Assembly: GCA_051294375.1 (NCBI GenBank)
Contig: CM119270.1
Coordinates: 15,685,845-15,749,844 of the forward strand
Origin: Paraspadella gotoi
Lineage: Eukaryota; Animalia; Chaetognatha
Direction: 5' to 3'
Length of the DNA: 64,000 bases
Shown: positions 12,998 to 24,504 of the stretch, one piece after another
Layout of the letters: each line of letters begins with the position of its first letter
How positions within the stretch are numbered: position 1 is the stretch's first letter
Position numbers and translations under genes: made by a program
The notes under the pieces: generated by a model
What the model saw: only the letters and a program-made list of their open reading frames with translations
Database searches by the model: none
Told to the model about the DNA's origin: nothing

Positions 12998-14543
12998 TTA
13001 AGAACAGGTGAGGGTTGGAAGGGGAGGCGTGGAGAGGGCTGGGCACTGGGGCGTGGAGAGGGGAAGAAAACCTCTAGAAAGCCGAGGGGACCGGGCTCTT
13101 AAGGGGGGGGGAACGGGAAAAAACACAAAAAAATAGATTTAAATAAAATTAACGAATTTACATAGTCTTACCACAGAATAACTTTTAACTTTTTGAAAAA
13201 TATTAAAGATTATTTTTTTAATTAGCGACTTACATTTATAAAGCAGAATATGCACATGGAACAAACGAGAAAACAAGAAAAGATATCCTGAATAAAATGT
13301 AAAAAAAGTAAAAGCAGACTGTAAAAGAGAGCACATTGAATGAGTTAATTATTCATAAGACATTTATAATAAATTAGTGGAGCAAGTAAAGAAATCATAC
13401 ATTTCATAAAATATATGCATATGGATTTGGTTGTACCAATTTCATATAGTTGATCCAACATTGGTGGTTTTCTTTGTGGTTAAAGCGATGGGTGGTTAGG
13501 GAGGGTGGATGGGTGGTTACGAAGGGTGGCGGACGGCGAAGGGAACGAAAAGGCCGCATTTATTATTGATCTCTTTTTATTTCCCTCGTTTTTTTATTTC
13601 CGCGTTGGATTTTATTGGACGATTCGACGCCGGGGGAAAAATGTGGAATTGAGGGCGAGAAAAAACAAACGCGGAAAATGTTAAAAGCGAAAACATTTTC
13701 CTTTTTTTTTATTTTCTTCTCACGAGTTAAGTTATTTTTTTTTTTTTTATATTTTCCGTATCGTTTATAATTCAAGACGCGAGGGGAAAACTTTTTTGTT
13801 TCTCTTTCATTCAGAGTTTTGTTATTCGTTATTTCGCTCTTCGTTCCTCTTTTTCTCTAATGATTTTGAGTGGAGGAACACCGAGTTTTTACTCTCGTTA
13901 CGATTTTATTTTCAATTTATTTTTATTTCCAATCTAGACGCTACTTTTTTGAATCAGAGATTGGGTTAGGGTCGGGGATTCGGTTTAGGGATAAAGGTTA
14001 CCGGTTAGGGGAAAGGGTCTGGTAATAGGGTTAGGGAGTCTGTTTAATGTTTAGGTGAGAAATATCGTCAAAGATTAAATTTTATATTACATTTGAAATT
14101 ATATTTCGCTTAAAATAAAATTCAGGAAGAGAAATGGTGCCATTCCTTCCCCCCACTCCCCCCCCCCTCACATCCATTTCTCGGAAATGAGAGAACGAAA
14201 GACTTGGTTCCGGTCATAACTTATCTTACTGGTTTCAGATCTTTCTTTCTCTTCATTAGGAACGTTTTTTGTTTGTTTGTTTGCGGATTTCCCACTTTTC
14301 TCTTCTTTCCATTCGAATCCATCGAAAATCGATAAGAGTTGCGTCAAAACTTATATTTTTTTTTATAATTTAATATCGATTAGTCTTTTTTTTTTTTCCT
14401 TCCGACAATCTGGTGAGTTTTAATTTCTCTTTCTTTTTTCTATTTTTCTGTGCTCATGCTTCTTTTAAGACTTAACCCTGGGTCCTTTCATCGATTCTCA
14501 AATCATACTCGCCCTCGTGACCCTCTGATCCTCTCGTTCTCAC

Positions 14544-14658
14544 CTTGAATTGCAGAATGGCGAGATCCTTTTTGGGGTCACGGATTTCGCTTGTTCGGAG
14601 TCGAATCATTGGTTCCGGTCTTCCATCTGGCGTCACGAGGGTTCGGTCGATCGGAACT
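14544..14658 (-). CDS. Copine-family gene, exon 6 (R-VPIDRTLVTPDGRPEPMIRLRTSEIRDPKKDLAILQFK), end of C2A, linker and start of C2B
   Basis: Acceptor tttttttcag, donor gtgaga, 115 nt, phase 2/0. 'DLAILQFK' corresponds to copine 'DAVLMQFC'. Confidence 0.82.
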
Positions 14659-15895
14659 CTGAAAAAAAATTCGGGATGCAATTAAAATGTTTTCAATTCG
14701 ATTCGTTGGAAAAATCGGGGGAAAAAAATCAATATTTTTGTTCCTCCGAATTCTAAGAGAACGTTATGAAAAAAATTTTAATTAATTCCAACAAATTTTT
14801 TTTTACATTTCAAAATATCGATTGTAATAAAATTCAATGTTTGTAAACAAAGGTTTTTTTAATTAAAAGAAGAAATTATTGAAAGGTTTTCATGTTATTT
14901 TTATTCAATGGTCGTGCCAGTCGTGCCTCTGTATTTATAATTTTATTTTTCTGGAAAAAAAATATCATGACTACATCGCTGACGACGACGATAAATACGA
15001 CGATAACGACGACAGCAAGAGCGTAGAAAAAGAATTCCCCCGCAACGACCAAGAGCAATTCTGGCGGGCACCCTCGCGCCCACTCCGACGCCCACCCATT
15101 GACCGCCTCGAGAGACACCCTCCGCAACAGGCCCGGTTTTTTTTTCTCCTTCGCTAGTCCCCTTCATGCATAATCATAAAGTGGGAAGCTAATTACTTAA
15201 ATCGCGTAGACCGTCGTATGAAAGAGAAATTTCCTACTTTTTTTTTATGTATTATTTCCTATCGGAGGAGAGAGAAAGACGGTCATTCTTTCTTCGCTTT
15301 TATTAATTTCTTTCTCTTTTTTTATTTTTCAATAAAGAAAAAAAATATTTGCAATGAAGTCTTTATAAGGCAACAGGCAGTGTCGTTAAAGAGGACATGA
15401 AGTACAGACGAGACGGCATGATGTGATGTGACGGCATGAAGACGGGTCAGCATTAAAGAAGATGAAAACTCGAAATGGCCAAAAAGACGGGACGGCACTA
15501 AAGAAAATAAAAAACTCGACGGGATAGTATTAAAGAAGATAAAGACTTGCTATGGCATAGAGACGAGACGGCATTAAGATTCAATGACATGAAATGGAGC
15601 GAATCAATCCAGGTGCAAAGATAATAGGTTTGCGTTACAAAAGAAACCGAATAGCAAATGTTTGAATCACGTCTTATCTAACGAGAAACAAAGTTAATCA
15701 ATAATCACTCTTGGATTAAAAATAGATCAAATAAAAATTCATTTTTGTTGAGTGAAAATGTGTATTTTTTCTTAATGCAACTTTAAGAGATGCATACAGA
15801 CGTCCTCCACCGCATCTCGAAATATAATAAAAGTGTTATCAATATCATTAAGTCTGATCTCATTGTGAGGCATTTGCTAATGGAAATCGGGGAAG

Positions 15896-16004
<109 letters not shown>

Positions 16005-16355
16005 CTTCGCGACGTCAGGACAAAATATTATTGTTAATTGAATAACATTAGAACTCTTTCTTTGAACTCTTCCAGGACAAATTTCTGTGAAAATACGTGT
16101 AAAAGGTTTTTTTGACCAAAGATAAAATATGGAACAAAATCAAAACAATGGAAAGACGAAAGGTCAGACGATGACACCCAACCCAAATAGTAGGGTCATG
16201 TTATTTCTATCTGTCTCTCGATCTTTTTTTCTAATTCTCTTTTTTTTCTCCCTCTTTCTTAGATCTCTCTCTCTGTCTCTCTCCCTCTCTCCTTATTCTC
16301 TCTCTCTCTATCTTTCACTGTCTCTCTCCCTCACTCTTCCACAACCCCTCTTCAC

Positions 16356-17251
16356 CTCACAAGTTCGGCCAGCGTGCATTGCGTGAATCCAAGCAGCTCT
16401 TGCTTTGGCGGCTTAAGCGGCGGCGGCCTCTGGCGTCCGCCGATCTTAGCGTCTCCGCCGGCGCCGCCCGTTCCCGCGGCGTCGGCCCCGGCGTCGCCAG
16501 CGTCGCCGGCGCCGCCATCCGTCGCCGCTGCGTCCTGAGCGTCTTTGTTGTTGAGCGTGAGCAGCAGCAGGCCGTCGCCGAGATTGTCTGCAGCGACGGA
16601 AGGTACCGTCATTTCTCTGGCCGACGCCGTGGAGACTTTACGATGGAACGCCTCCAGCGCCGGCATCAGCGTGGCGCCGGATACGGGCGCAGAGGGCGCC
16701 GCGCCGGTTCCATCGTCCCGCAACGAAACCGACGACGGCTTTCGCGACGACGCCGAGTCTGGAATCGGCGTCGTCAGCGTCGCGCCCGTCGACGCCGCCG
16801 ACGGCGCCGCGTCACGCGAAGAACCAGAAATGCGGCGCGCTATTTCTTCGACGGATGGCGCCAATCCGACGCCGGAAGCTAACGACGCCGCTCCGGACGA
16901 GGACGTGGAGACACGGTGGTGGAAATCTTCCGGCGTTGGGCGGAGATTGGCCGGCGATAAGAGAATCGACGCCGCCGTCGCCGCCGTCGTCTCCGGCGCG
17001 TCCGGCATCGCCGAGTCAAGAAAATCGGCGTCCATCGTTGGCGATGTTTCGGCCGGCGTCTCGAGTTCCGGTGGGCGTGGCGGCGATCCCGCGGCGTTGA
17101 GGTCGTTGAGGACGGTGACGCCGGATGGAGCGCCGGGAGCGCCGGGCGACGGGACGACGATGACCGAAGATCGAGGCGTCGCAGCAGCAGCCTCAGCCAA
17201 GTCGCCCTCTGCAGCCTCGCCGCCGAATTCGAGGCCTTCAACCCCGAAGAC
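16356..17251 (-). CDS. Copine-family gene, exon 5: large Ala/Ser/Pro/Gly-rich exon ending in C2A strand ELLGFTQCTLAELV
   Basis: Acceptor catctccag, 896-nt open GC-rich frame (ORF 16352..17200). Donor AG|gtgaag is phase 2, matching exon 6. The C-terminus matches copine 'FLGxxxCTLGEIV'. Confidence 0.85.
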
Positions 17252-17697
17252 CTGGAGATGAAGTTAAAATAAATTAATAAAATGATAAATCGATCAATCA
17301 ATGAATCAATAAAACAATAAATCGTCTTTGCGAATCTCAGTCGAGAAACAGGACATGTTTTAGATTTTAAGAAAATTTAATATAACTAAACTAACTTCCC
17401 TTTCCCATTTACATTATAAAGAATATCAAAAACAAGTATAAGAAAGAATATAAAAGAATTAAATATATATACATAATATCAACAAAGGAAGTAGGCGTAG
17501 TTTATTAAGGGAGAAATAGACATAATTGACATAAGAACTTTCTTTTTTTTAAATTAAAATTATCTAAACCTAAATACTATTTAACTAATATTGGGAGAGG
17601 GATGTTAGTATTGTCGTCTGGAAATAATTTGGTCAACTTCGAAACACCCTTCCCTCTTAACCCCCCCTCCACCACCGTCACTTCTCCACTGACTCAC

Positions 17698-17925
17698 GGA
17701 TAAATCGATGGCTCCGACCACAGGAGCGCCGACCGAAACGCAGTCCGGCTGCGCGACGCCGGTCAGATCGGGGGGCGTGGCCCGCGTTGTTGTCGTCGGC
17801 GTCATTGGCGACGGTAGCGTCGACGGCAGTGTTGTCGTCGTCGTTGTCGTCGTCGTTGTCGTCGTCCTCGGCGCCCTCTATTGCTTGAGAGAGTGGTAAA
17901 CTTCGAAGAGGAGGATCTGACGAAC
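17698..17925 (-). CDS. Copine-family gene, exon 4 (VRQILLFEVYHSLKQ*RAPRTTT...GAIDLS), with in-frame TAG at 17878-17880
   Basis: Acceptor cctcaacag, donor gtgagt, 228 nt, phase 0/0. VRQILLFEVY continues C2A (cf. 'ERQNLRFDLYD'). The internal stop may reflect compensating indels in the assembly. Confidence 0.72.
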
Positions 17926-18128
17926 CTGTTGAGGAAGGTGACGGGGATGGAGGGTGGACGGGGGGATTGGGGGAAGTTGGTGAGAGGGTGGGGACGAAAG
18001 TGGCCGTGGATCGGAGTGGATTGGGGGGAGGTTTCAGAAAATTATTGCTTTCGTAGCGAGTTTAAGTCGTAAAAAGGCAAAGTCGTTTTGATTCGCATGG
18101 GGGGAGAGAGAGGGGAGAGAGAGGAGAG

Positions 18129-18194
<66 letters not shown>

Positions 18195-18331
18195 AGAAAG
18201 AAGAGGAGTGAAGGGTGTGGGTATATCCTTTCCCATTCTCACGCCCTCCTCTCCCCGCAATTTTTTTCGTTCTGCTCATTCGTTCGCCTTTTTTTTGTCA
18301 AGGNNNNNNNNNNNNNNNNNNNNNNNNNGAG

Positions 18332-18370
<39 letters not shown>

Positions 18371-18544
18371 GGGCGTGGGGTATTATCTCTTGTCCCATTC
18401 TCACGCCCTCCTCTCCCCCGCAATTTTTTCGTTCTTGCTCATTCGTTCGCCTTTTTTTTGTCAAGTCGTCTTCGAAACTGACAGAAAAGAAGAAAGAGAG
18501 AGAAGATAGAGGCGAGAGAGAAGGAGAAGAGAGAGAAGGGAAGG

Positions 18545-18601
<57 letters not shown>

Positions 18602-19019
18602 CCTTTATGGTCTTAACGCCACCTGATGGTGGCCAACGGTCGACCTTCCTTCCCATTTACCTTCACTTACTTTCATCAACTTACTTCTAAGTGATATTTG
18701 AGGCACTACTTACCTCTCGGACAGGAGAAGTTCGTTATATTCTTGTTAACTTACTTTTTTTCCTTCGTAAGAAAGATTAATATCTCTCTCTTTGCAAAAT
18801 AAACATGTTTTTTTCTTTATCTTATCATGATTAATTGACTTAACTTTATTTTATCCCTACATACTTTTTAGTTTATTTAGGAATTAGTTATTTCTTATAA
18901 GTTTGACGATAAAATTCACATTTTCCTCAGATGACAGATCTGTTATTTTTTTTTCTCAAACGACCCGTCAAAAAAAGATTCGGCTTTCATAACTCAGAAC
19001 TTTCTTAAAACTAACATTT

Positions 19020-19392
19020 TAAACCCGAACTCACATTAAACTGTCACATCTCAGTAATCTCTTCTTATCCACATCACATTTCAGAACTCACCTCAAACCT
19101 GCATCCTAACACAAAACTCACTTCAAACCCAAATCGCCACTTAGAACTCGCTTCAAACCCGCATCCAAACTCAGACATCACTTCGAACCCCCATACCATT
19201 TCAGAACTCACTTCAAGCCCCCTACCATTTCAGAACTTACTTAAACCCCATCGCAACTCATAACTCACTTCAAACCCACATCCAAACTCAGACATCACTT
19301 AGAACCTCCATACCATTTCAGAACTCACTTTAAACCCCATCACAACTCAGAACTCACTTCAAACCCGCATCCTAACTCAGAACTCACTTCGA
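19020..19392 (-). repeat. ~30-bp minisatellite whose unit contains the exon-3 splice donor (tttGAA|gtgagttctgagttaggatgcggg), about 11-12 copies
   Basis: Plus-strand unit aactcagaactcacttcaaacccgcatcc recurs every ~29-30 nt, starting at the exon boundary and decaying distally. Confidence 0.85.
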
Positions 19393-19543
19393 ACTGATAC
19401 CGCAACGTGAATTTCTCCCTAAAAGTGGGATTCACGTTGTCCCTGATGACCTCCGTCCTCCCGATCTCTTTTTTGTCCTCCCCGTCGTTTTTGGAATAGC
19501 AGACGACGAAAGGGTCGCAGCCGGACTCCGCCTCCGGACCCAC
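19388..19543 (-). CDS. Copine-family gene, exon 3 (VGPEAESGCDPFVVCYSKNDGEDKKEIGRTEVIRDNVNPTFREKFTLRYQFE), C2A core
   Basis: Acceptor ccgcag, donor gtgagt, 156 nt, phase 0/0. Matches the copine C2A signature 'DP..V......E.GRTEVI.N..NP.F..KF.L.Y.FE'. Confidence 0.92.
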
Positions 19544-19969
19544 CTGCGGAATGGGGAAGGGTGAGGTGAGTGAAGGGGTCTCAGGTGATGAGGTCGAAGG
19601 TGAGTTTGCGTAGTCTCTCGTTGTTGTTGTTGTTGTCGTCGATTTGGGTTATTGAAAGACGTGAATCGACGGAGCGTGAGAGAAATAACCCAAATATTGT
19701 TTGTTTTTTTTTAATTTTGTTTTGTCTCTTTCGTGTCTTTTGTTTCGTCTTTTGTTTCTTTCTTTTTAGTCTTTTTATTTTCGTTCCGTTTCGTCGTTTC
19801 GCTCTTTAGTTGCCTCACGCCGAACAACGATTTTTGGAACCCTAGACTCAAGAGGTCGCCTTTTACTCCTCCCCCTCCCCATCCCTTCTAACCCCCACCC
19901 CTTCTTCCCCCCCCCTTCTTCCCCCCCAACCCCTTCTTCCCCCCCCCACCCCTTCTTCCCCCCCACCAC

Positions 19970-20023
19970 CCCCGAAACGAAACGACTCGGCGGACTTTGT
20001 TTCTGTTGGGCGTCGGCCTGAAT
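19970..20023 (-). CDS. Candidate symmetric cassette exon in copine intron 2 (IQADAQQKQSPPSRFVSG)
   Basis: Strong acceptor tttcctttctcctctctcag, open 54 nt in phase 0. Donors are weak (gtggtg or gtgggg), both phase 0. Confidence 0.28.
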
Positions 20024-20384
20024 CTGAGAGAGGAGAAAGGAAATAAAAGAGGAAAGGTGGAGGAAAGGGTAACGACTGAGGATCGAAGGAAAGATGATAA
20101 GAGTTTTTTAAAAAAGGGAGGAAAGGTTTGAAAATAAGGGAGAGAATGAAGGATTTAAAAAGAAAGAAAATACGAGTGGAGAAAAAAAGAGAAGAGTAAC
20201 CTTAGATAAAACTTCTGTTTAAGTATATTCACTAAAGCGAGGGGCTTACGGAGAAGGGATTAAAAAAAGCAAGCTAAGTAAATTGTGTAACGCAACGAAT
20301 GAAGATAGAAAACGGAAATTATGAAAACAAGGAACGGTTATTCCAAGGTGTTGCGTCGCATTACTTTTTTTTACTTATCATTAA

Positions 20385-20580
20385 AAACAAAAGGCGGTGC
20401 CAGTAGTCGATTAGGTTTGATTTTCAACAAATGAGCAACACACTATAGGCAAGTTAAAAGCGTTTTTAACGTAAGTGGGACAGACCGACGGACAGACATA
20501 CCGACGAACTGACCGACCGATGGACCGACCGACCGAAAAGTGACTTATAGAGTTGCTCCGAGTACTCGCGGCGCAACTGA
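20385..20580 (+). mobile_element. Short interspersed repeat with (GACC/GGAC)n tract and 3' hairpin, Helentron/HINE-like (copy 1; mirrored at ~34930-35110)
   Basis: aacaaatgagcaac...tttttaacgtaagtgggacagaccgacggacagacataccgacg...gaccgaccgaaaagtgacttatagagttgctccgagtactcgcggcgcaact. Homologous to 57820-57995. Confidence 0.5.
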
Positions 20581-22696
20581 AAAGCAATGGAAGGACAGCG
20601 TCTTTCGCAACATAAAGATTAAGGACAATTTAAAAAGTAGTAAAACGGTTATTTATTCTAGTATTAATACTATTAATACTATTAATACTATTAATAATAG
20701 GATCTAAATGAAATAGAAAAAGAATAAGACCCCCCCAAAAAAATGTGATATACAACGATGAAGGATCGGACGCTAATATCGAAGAAAGGATTCGAAGACG
20801 GAGCAACGAAGAGGTTAGGAAGAGGTCTTTTTTGAGAGGAGGACCTGACGAGAAGATCGGGTCAGGTGGGGGGGAGAGAAGGGGGGCGTGGCGATAGAAA
20901 TGGGGGATGAGGAGGAGGAGGAGGAGGAGGAGGAGGAGAGGGATCGTTGGAGAATATCGAGTCGGCGGCTGCAGCCTCCTCACGCTTTGGAAGGTTGAGT
21001 TGCCCGTACCAAGCGAGAACCCGCTTGAGGTCAGGAGGTAAGTTCGTGATCCGGGAGAGAGATTATACAGGGTAAGAAATGAAAGAGAGAAAGAGTAGAG
21101 GAAGGAAAGGGAAAAAAAAAAAGAAATAATGAAAACAAGGAAAAAAGAAATATACAAACAATCAAGGAAAAAAAAGACAAAAGAATGAAAAAGACAGGAA
21201 AGGAAAGGAAGGAAAGGAAGGAAGGAAAGGAAAAAAGGAAAGGAAAGGAAAGGAAAGGAAAGGAAAGGAACGGAGGAAAGGAAAGGAAATGAAAAGGAAA
21301 GGAAAGGAAAGGAAAGGAAAGAAAGAAAGGAAAGAAAAGGAAGGAAAGGAAAGGAAAGGAAAGGAAAAAAACAAAGGAAAGGAAAGAAAGGAAAGGAAAG
21401 GAAAGGAAAGGAAAGAAAAGAAAAGGTCAAAAAATAGGGTGAAGAAATAAAACGTAAAAAAAGTTTGAGAAAAAAAATACACTGGAAAAAAATAGGTTTA
21501 TAAAAAAATAAGGAAGAATAAGGATGAAAGTGAAAGCGCGTGAAAAGGAAAAAAAAACGTCGACGGATGCTATAAAAGGACGCGGGTGAAATAGGNNNNN
21601 NNNNNNNNNNNNNNNNNNNNNNNNNNNNNNNNNNNNNNNNNNNNNNNNNNNNNNNNNNNNNNNNNNNNNNNNNNNNNNNNNNNNNNNNNNNNNNNNNNNN
21701 NNNNNNNNNNNNNNNNNNNNNNNNNNNNNNNNNNNNNNNNNNNNNNNNNNNNNNNNNNNNNNNNNNNNNNNNNNNNNNNNNNNNNNNNNNNNNNNNNNNN
21801 NNNNNNNCCAACGACTTTTCCGGGTTTTAGATTTTTCTCCGGTTTTTGACTCCGACGAAGGATCGCGTTTCTGCTTTTGGGTTCGAGTTTGATTGAGGCT
21901 TGTCAACGCGTTACGTTCTATTGTTGCGGTGTATATGTTGCTGTGGTTTTTTTGTTGAAACTTATTCTACTGTGCGGAATCTATACATGTATAAACGTTG
22001 CGGCCTTAATGACGTATTTCTGATTGCCAATTCGCCTCAGGCGTCTCGGAGTCGACCTAAAGAGGTCTTTGGATTGAGACGACCACTGAGGGTCCAAAAC
22101 CCTTAAAGGCAATTTGGGATTTATGCTCCGACTGAACGGAACGTTTGTCTCACCTCCGTCTTTTTTCACCCAATCCCAATGTCGCAGCGCGGGAACGTAT
22201 AATCCAAACCCTGCGTTCTATCCAAAGTTCTATCCAACCGCATCATCCAAACCCTCCGTTCTATCCAAAGTCCCAACGACTTCCTGCCGAGGGTCCGAAG
22301 CCCCTAACGTCAACAGGCTAGATGATCTACCCATCCGGGCGTCACAGCCCAGCCGATTGATTCCACACTTTGCTGTATTATATTTGTCTACTTTTCGGCA
22401 TTTCTCGATTGACGATCCTGCAAAGTATTGCCCATCGAATCTGAGACGAAAGGGACACACGTCTTCGACCTCGCGAAGCCCCTATTTTTTAGCGCCAACG
22501 TGAGCGAAGCGCCTGTGTGAGCGACCGTGTGTTAAGTAAGCTTGAGCACGTTTAAACTCTGAAGTAAGTGAGAAAATAAGTGAGAAGTCTAAATTTTAGG
22601 AAATTTAATCAAATTTTCGTCGAATGAAAGTAATTAAAGAAACCAACCCGCCAAAAAAAAACCGTTCGATGTGTATATATATAAACGGCTAAAAAA

Positions 22697-22792
<96 letters not shown>

Positions 22793-22814
22793 AAAAAAAA
22801 TTGTTGTCACTTAC

Positions 22815-22862
22815 TTGCGGAGGTTTTTCTTTCAGACTCGTGCAAGAAACCATTATTTCCAC
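22815..22862 (-). CDS. Copine-family gene, exon 2 (VEIMVSCTSLKEKPPQ), first strand of C2A
   Basis: Acceptor ttttctcctttag, donor gtaagt, 48 nt, phase 0/0. Resembles the copine 'VELSVSCxNL' motif. Confidence 0.82.
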
Positions 22863-23007
22863 CTAAAGGAGAAAAAAAAAAAAGAGCAGTCGGCGAATTC
22901 GCAATAATGATTTTTTTTCTTCTTTTTTTTTTATTTTGGTGTCGAAGAGAGAGAAGAAGACAACAAACTGAAAGGAAAGAGACGACGACGACGACGACGA
23001 AAACAAA

Positions 23008-23058
<51 letters not shown>

Positions 23059-23103
23059 AACGACGACGACGACGAGGATCGGAATCCCCGGGAATCGACT
23101 CAC

Positions 23104-23169
23104 CTGCATCTTATCCACTTCGCGGTTCGGATGAACCTGCATCCGTTGATTTAATCTGCTCTGCGCCAT
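23104..23169 (-). CDS. Copine-family gene, coding exon 1 (MAQSRLNQRMQVHPNREVDKMQ)
   Basis: ATG in good context (aagATGG), 22 codons, ends CAG|gtgagt donor in phase 0, which matches the phase-0 start of exon 2. Confidence 0.7.
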
Positions 23170-23209
23170 CTTGCTCCCTTTTTTTATTTATTTATTTATA
23201 TATATATAT

Positions 23210-23296
<87 letters not shown>

Positions 23297-24504
23297 TTTA
23301 TTCTTTTTTTTTCAGTCGTTGCTTTTTGAATTTTTTTCCCCTTTTTTTCACCAAAAAAATTTAAAATTCCGATTTTCTTTTCCTTAAATTTTAAACTTTT
23401 TTTCAAAATTCTGCCTCGACGCAATTAAAGAAACAATTGTTTTGTTGTCGTCGTCGCTTTCTTTCTTTCTTTTTTTTCCCTTTCTTTTTCTTTCTTTCTT
23501 TTGTTTTTGTTTTTCTTTTCACCGTTGCTATTTTTCGTTATGTTTTCGTTTCGCGTCCGAAGACGACGAAACGTTTGTTTCTTCCCCGTTTTCTCGCGTT
23601 GTTTCGTTGGGCGCAGAAACTTCCTCGCGTTTTTTGTTATGATTTATGTTTTGCGACGAAACAAGAGGGCGGTGATTCGGCCGTTGCGCCGGCGTCGCGA
23701 GGTAAACGACCGACTGCATTTCCGTTGTTTTGTTTTCTTTTTCTTTGTTTTTTTTTTACGCTCGTGTTTTGTTTCGGGTTTTCATTTACGTTTTACGTGC
23801 GATGAAACGTTTTGCGCCGTCGTCCCGACGAAAGTCTGTTTGACACGGAGAGAAACGAGGCAATGACTTTCTCCTTTCCATTTTTTTTTCTGACAATCTT
23901 TGTTATAATTTTTTTCATGTTTGTTTTGTTTGTATTAATTTTTAGCCTTTTACTACCGACCGAATAAAATTTTGAAAATAATTAATGTCTTAATAGAGTT
24001 TTAGCACCAAACCTTTTCCATTCACAATTTCTCTCGACCATTATTGGCTTATGAAATATTTTTTTTATGTTAAATGACTCATTTCCTGTTCCTTCCTTCC
24101 TTTTTTTGGAACTCTTTTAAAACGAGCTTCTCCCTAAATTATTCCTCCAGGGCAAATGAAATCAAGCATGGTCGTTGTCGTCGTCGTTGTTGTTGTTGTT
24201 GTTGTTGTTTTCCGGTGAATGTTTAGCTTTCTCGTCACGGCGATTCGAAATCATCTTTCTTTGTTGGAGCCGATTCGAAAACTCTCAATGTTTACCGTAA
24301 GATGCTTTTTTTTTTTAAGATTTTAGACTTTTTCGTGGCGGNNNNNNNNNNNNNNNNNNNNNNNNNAGAGAGAGAATCGGTGAAGTTTAGCTTCTCGTCA
24401 CGGCGATTCCGAAATCATCTTTCTTTGTTGGGAGCCGATTCAAAACTCTCATGTTTACCGGTAAGGATTGCTTTTTTTTTAATAAGATTTGTAGACTTTT
24501 TTCG

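Noticed and set aside
13960-14060. TTAGGG-like interstitial telomeric sequence
   Set aside because: Only about four scattered hexamers, not a tandem array.
16545-17261. 238-aa plus-strand ORF and other overlapping ORFs
   Set aside because: Antisense shadow of GC-rich copine exon 5. Splice signals and C2 motifs support the minus frame.
17878-17880. Genome-wide TAG reassignment (variant genetic code)
   Set aside because: No other in-frame stops in about 590 other confident codons, and a two-indel explanation exists.
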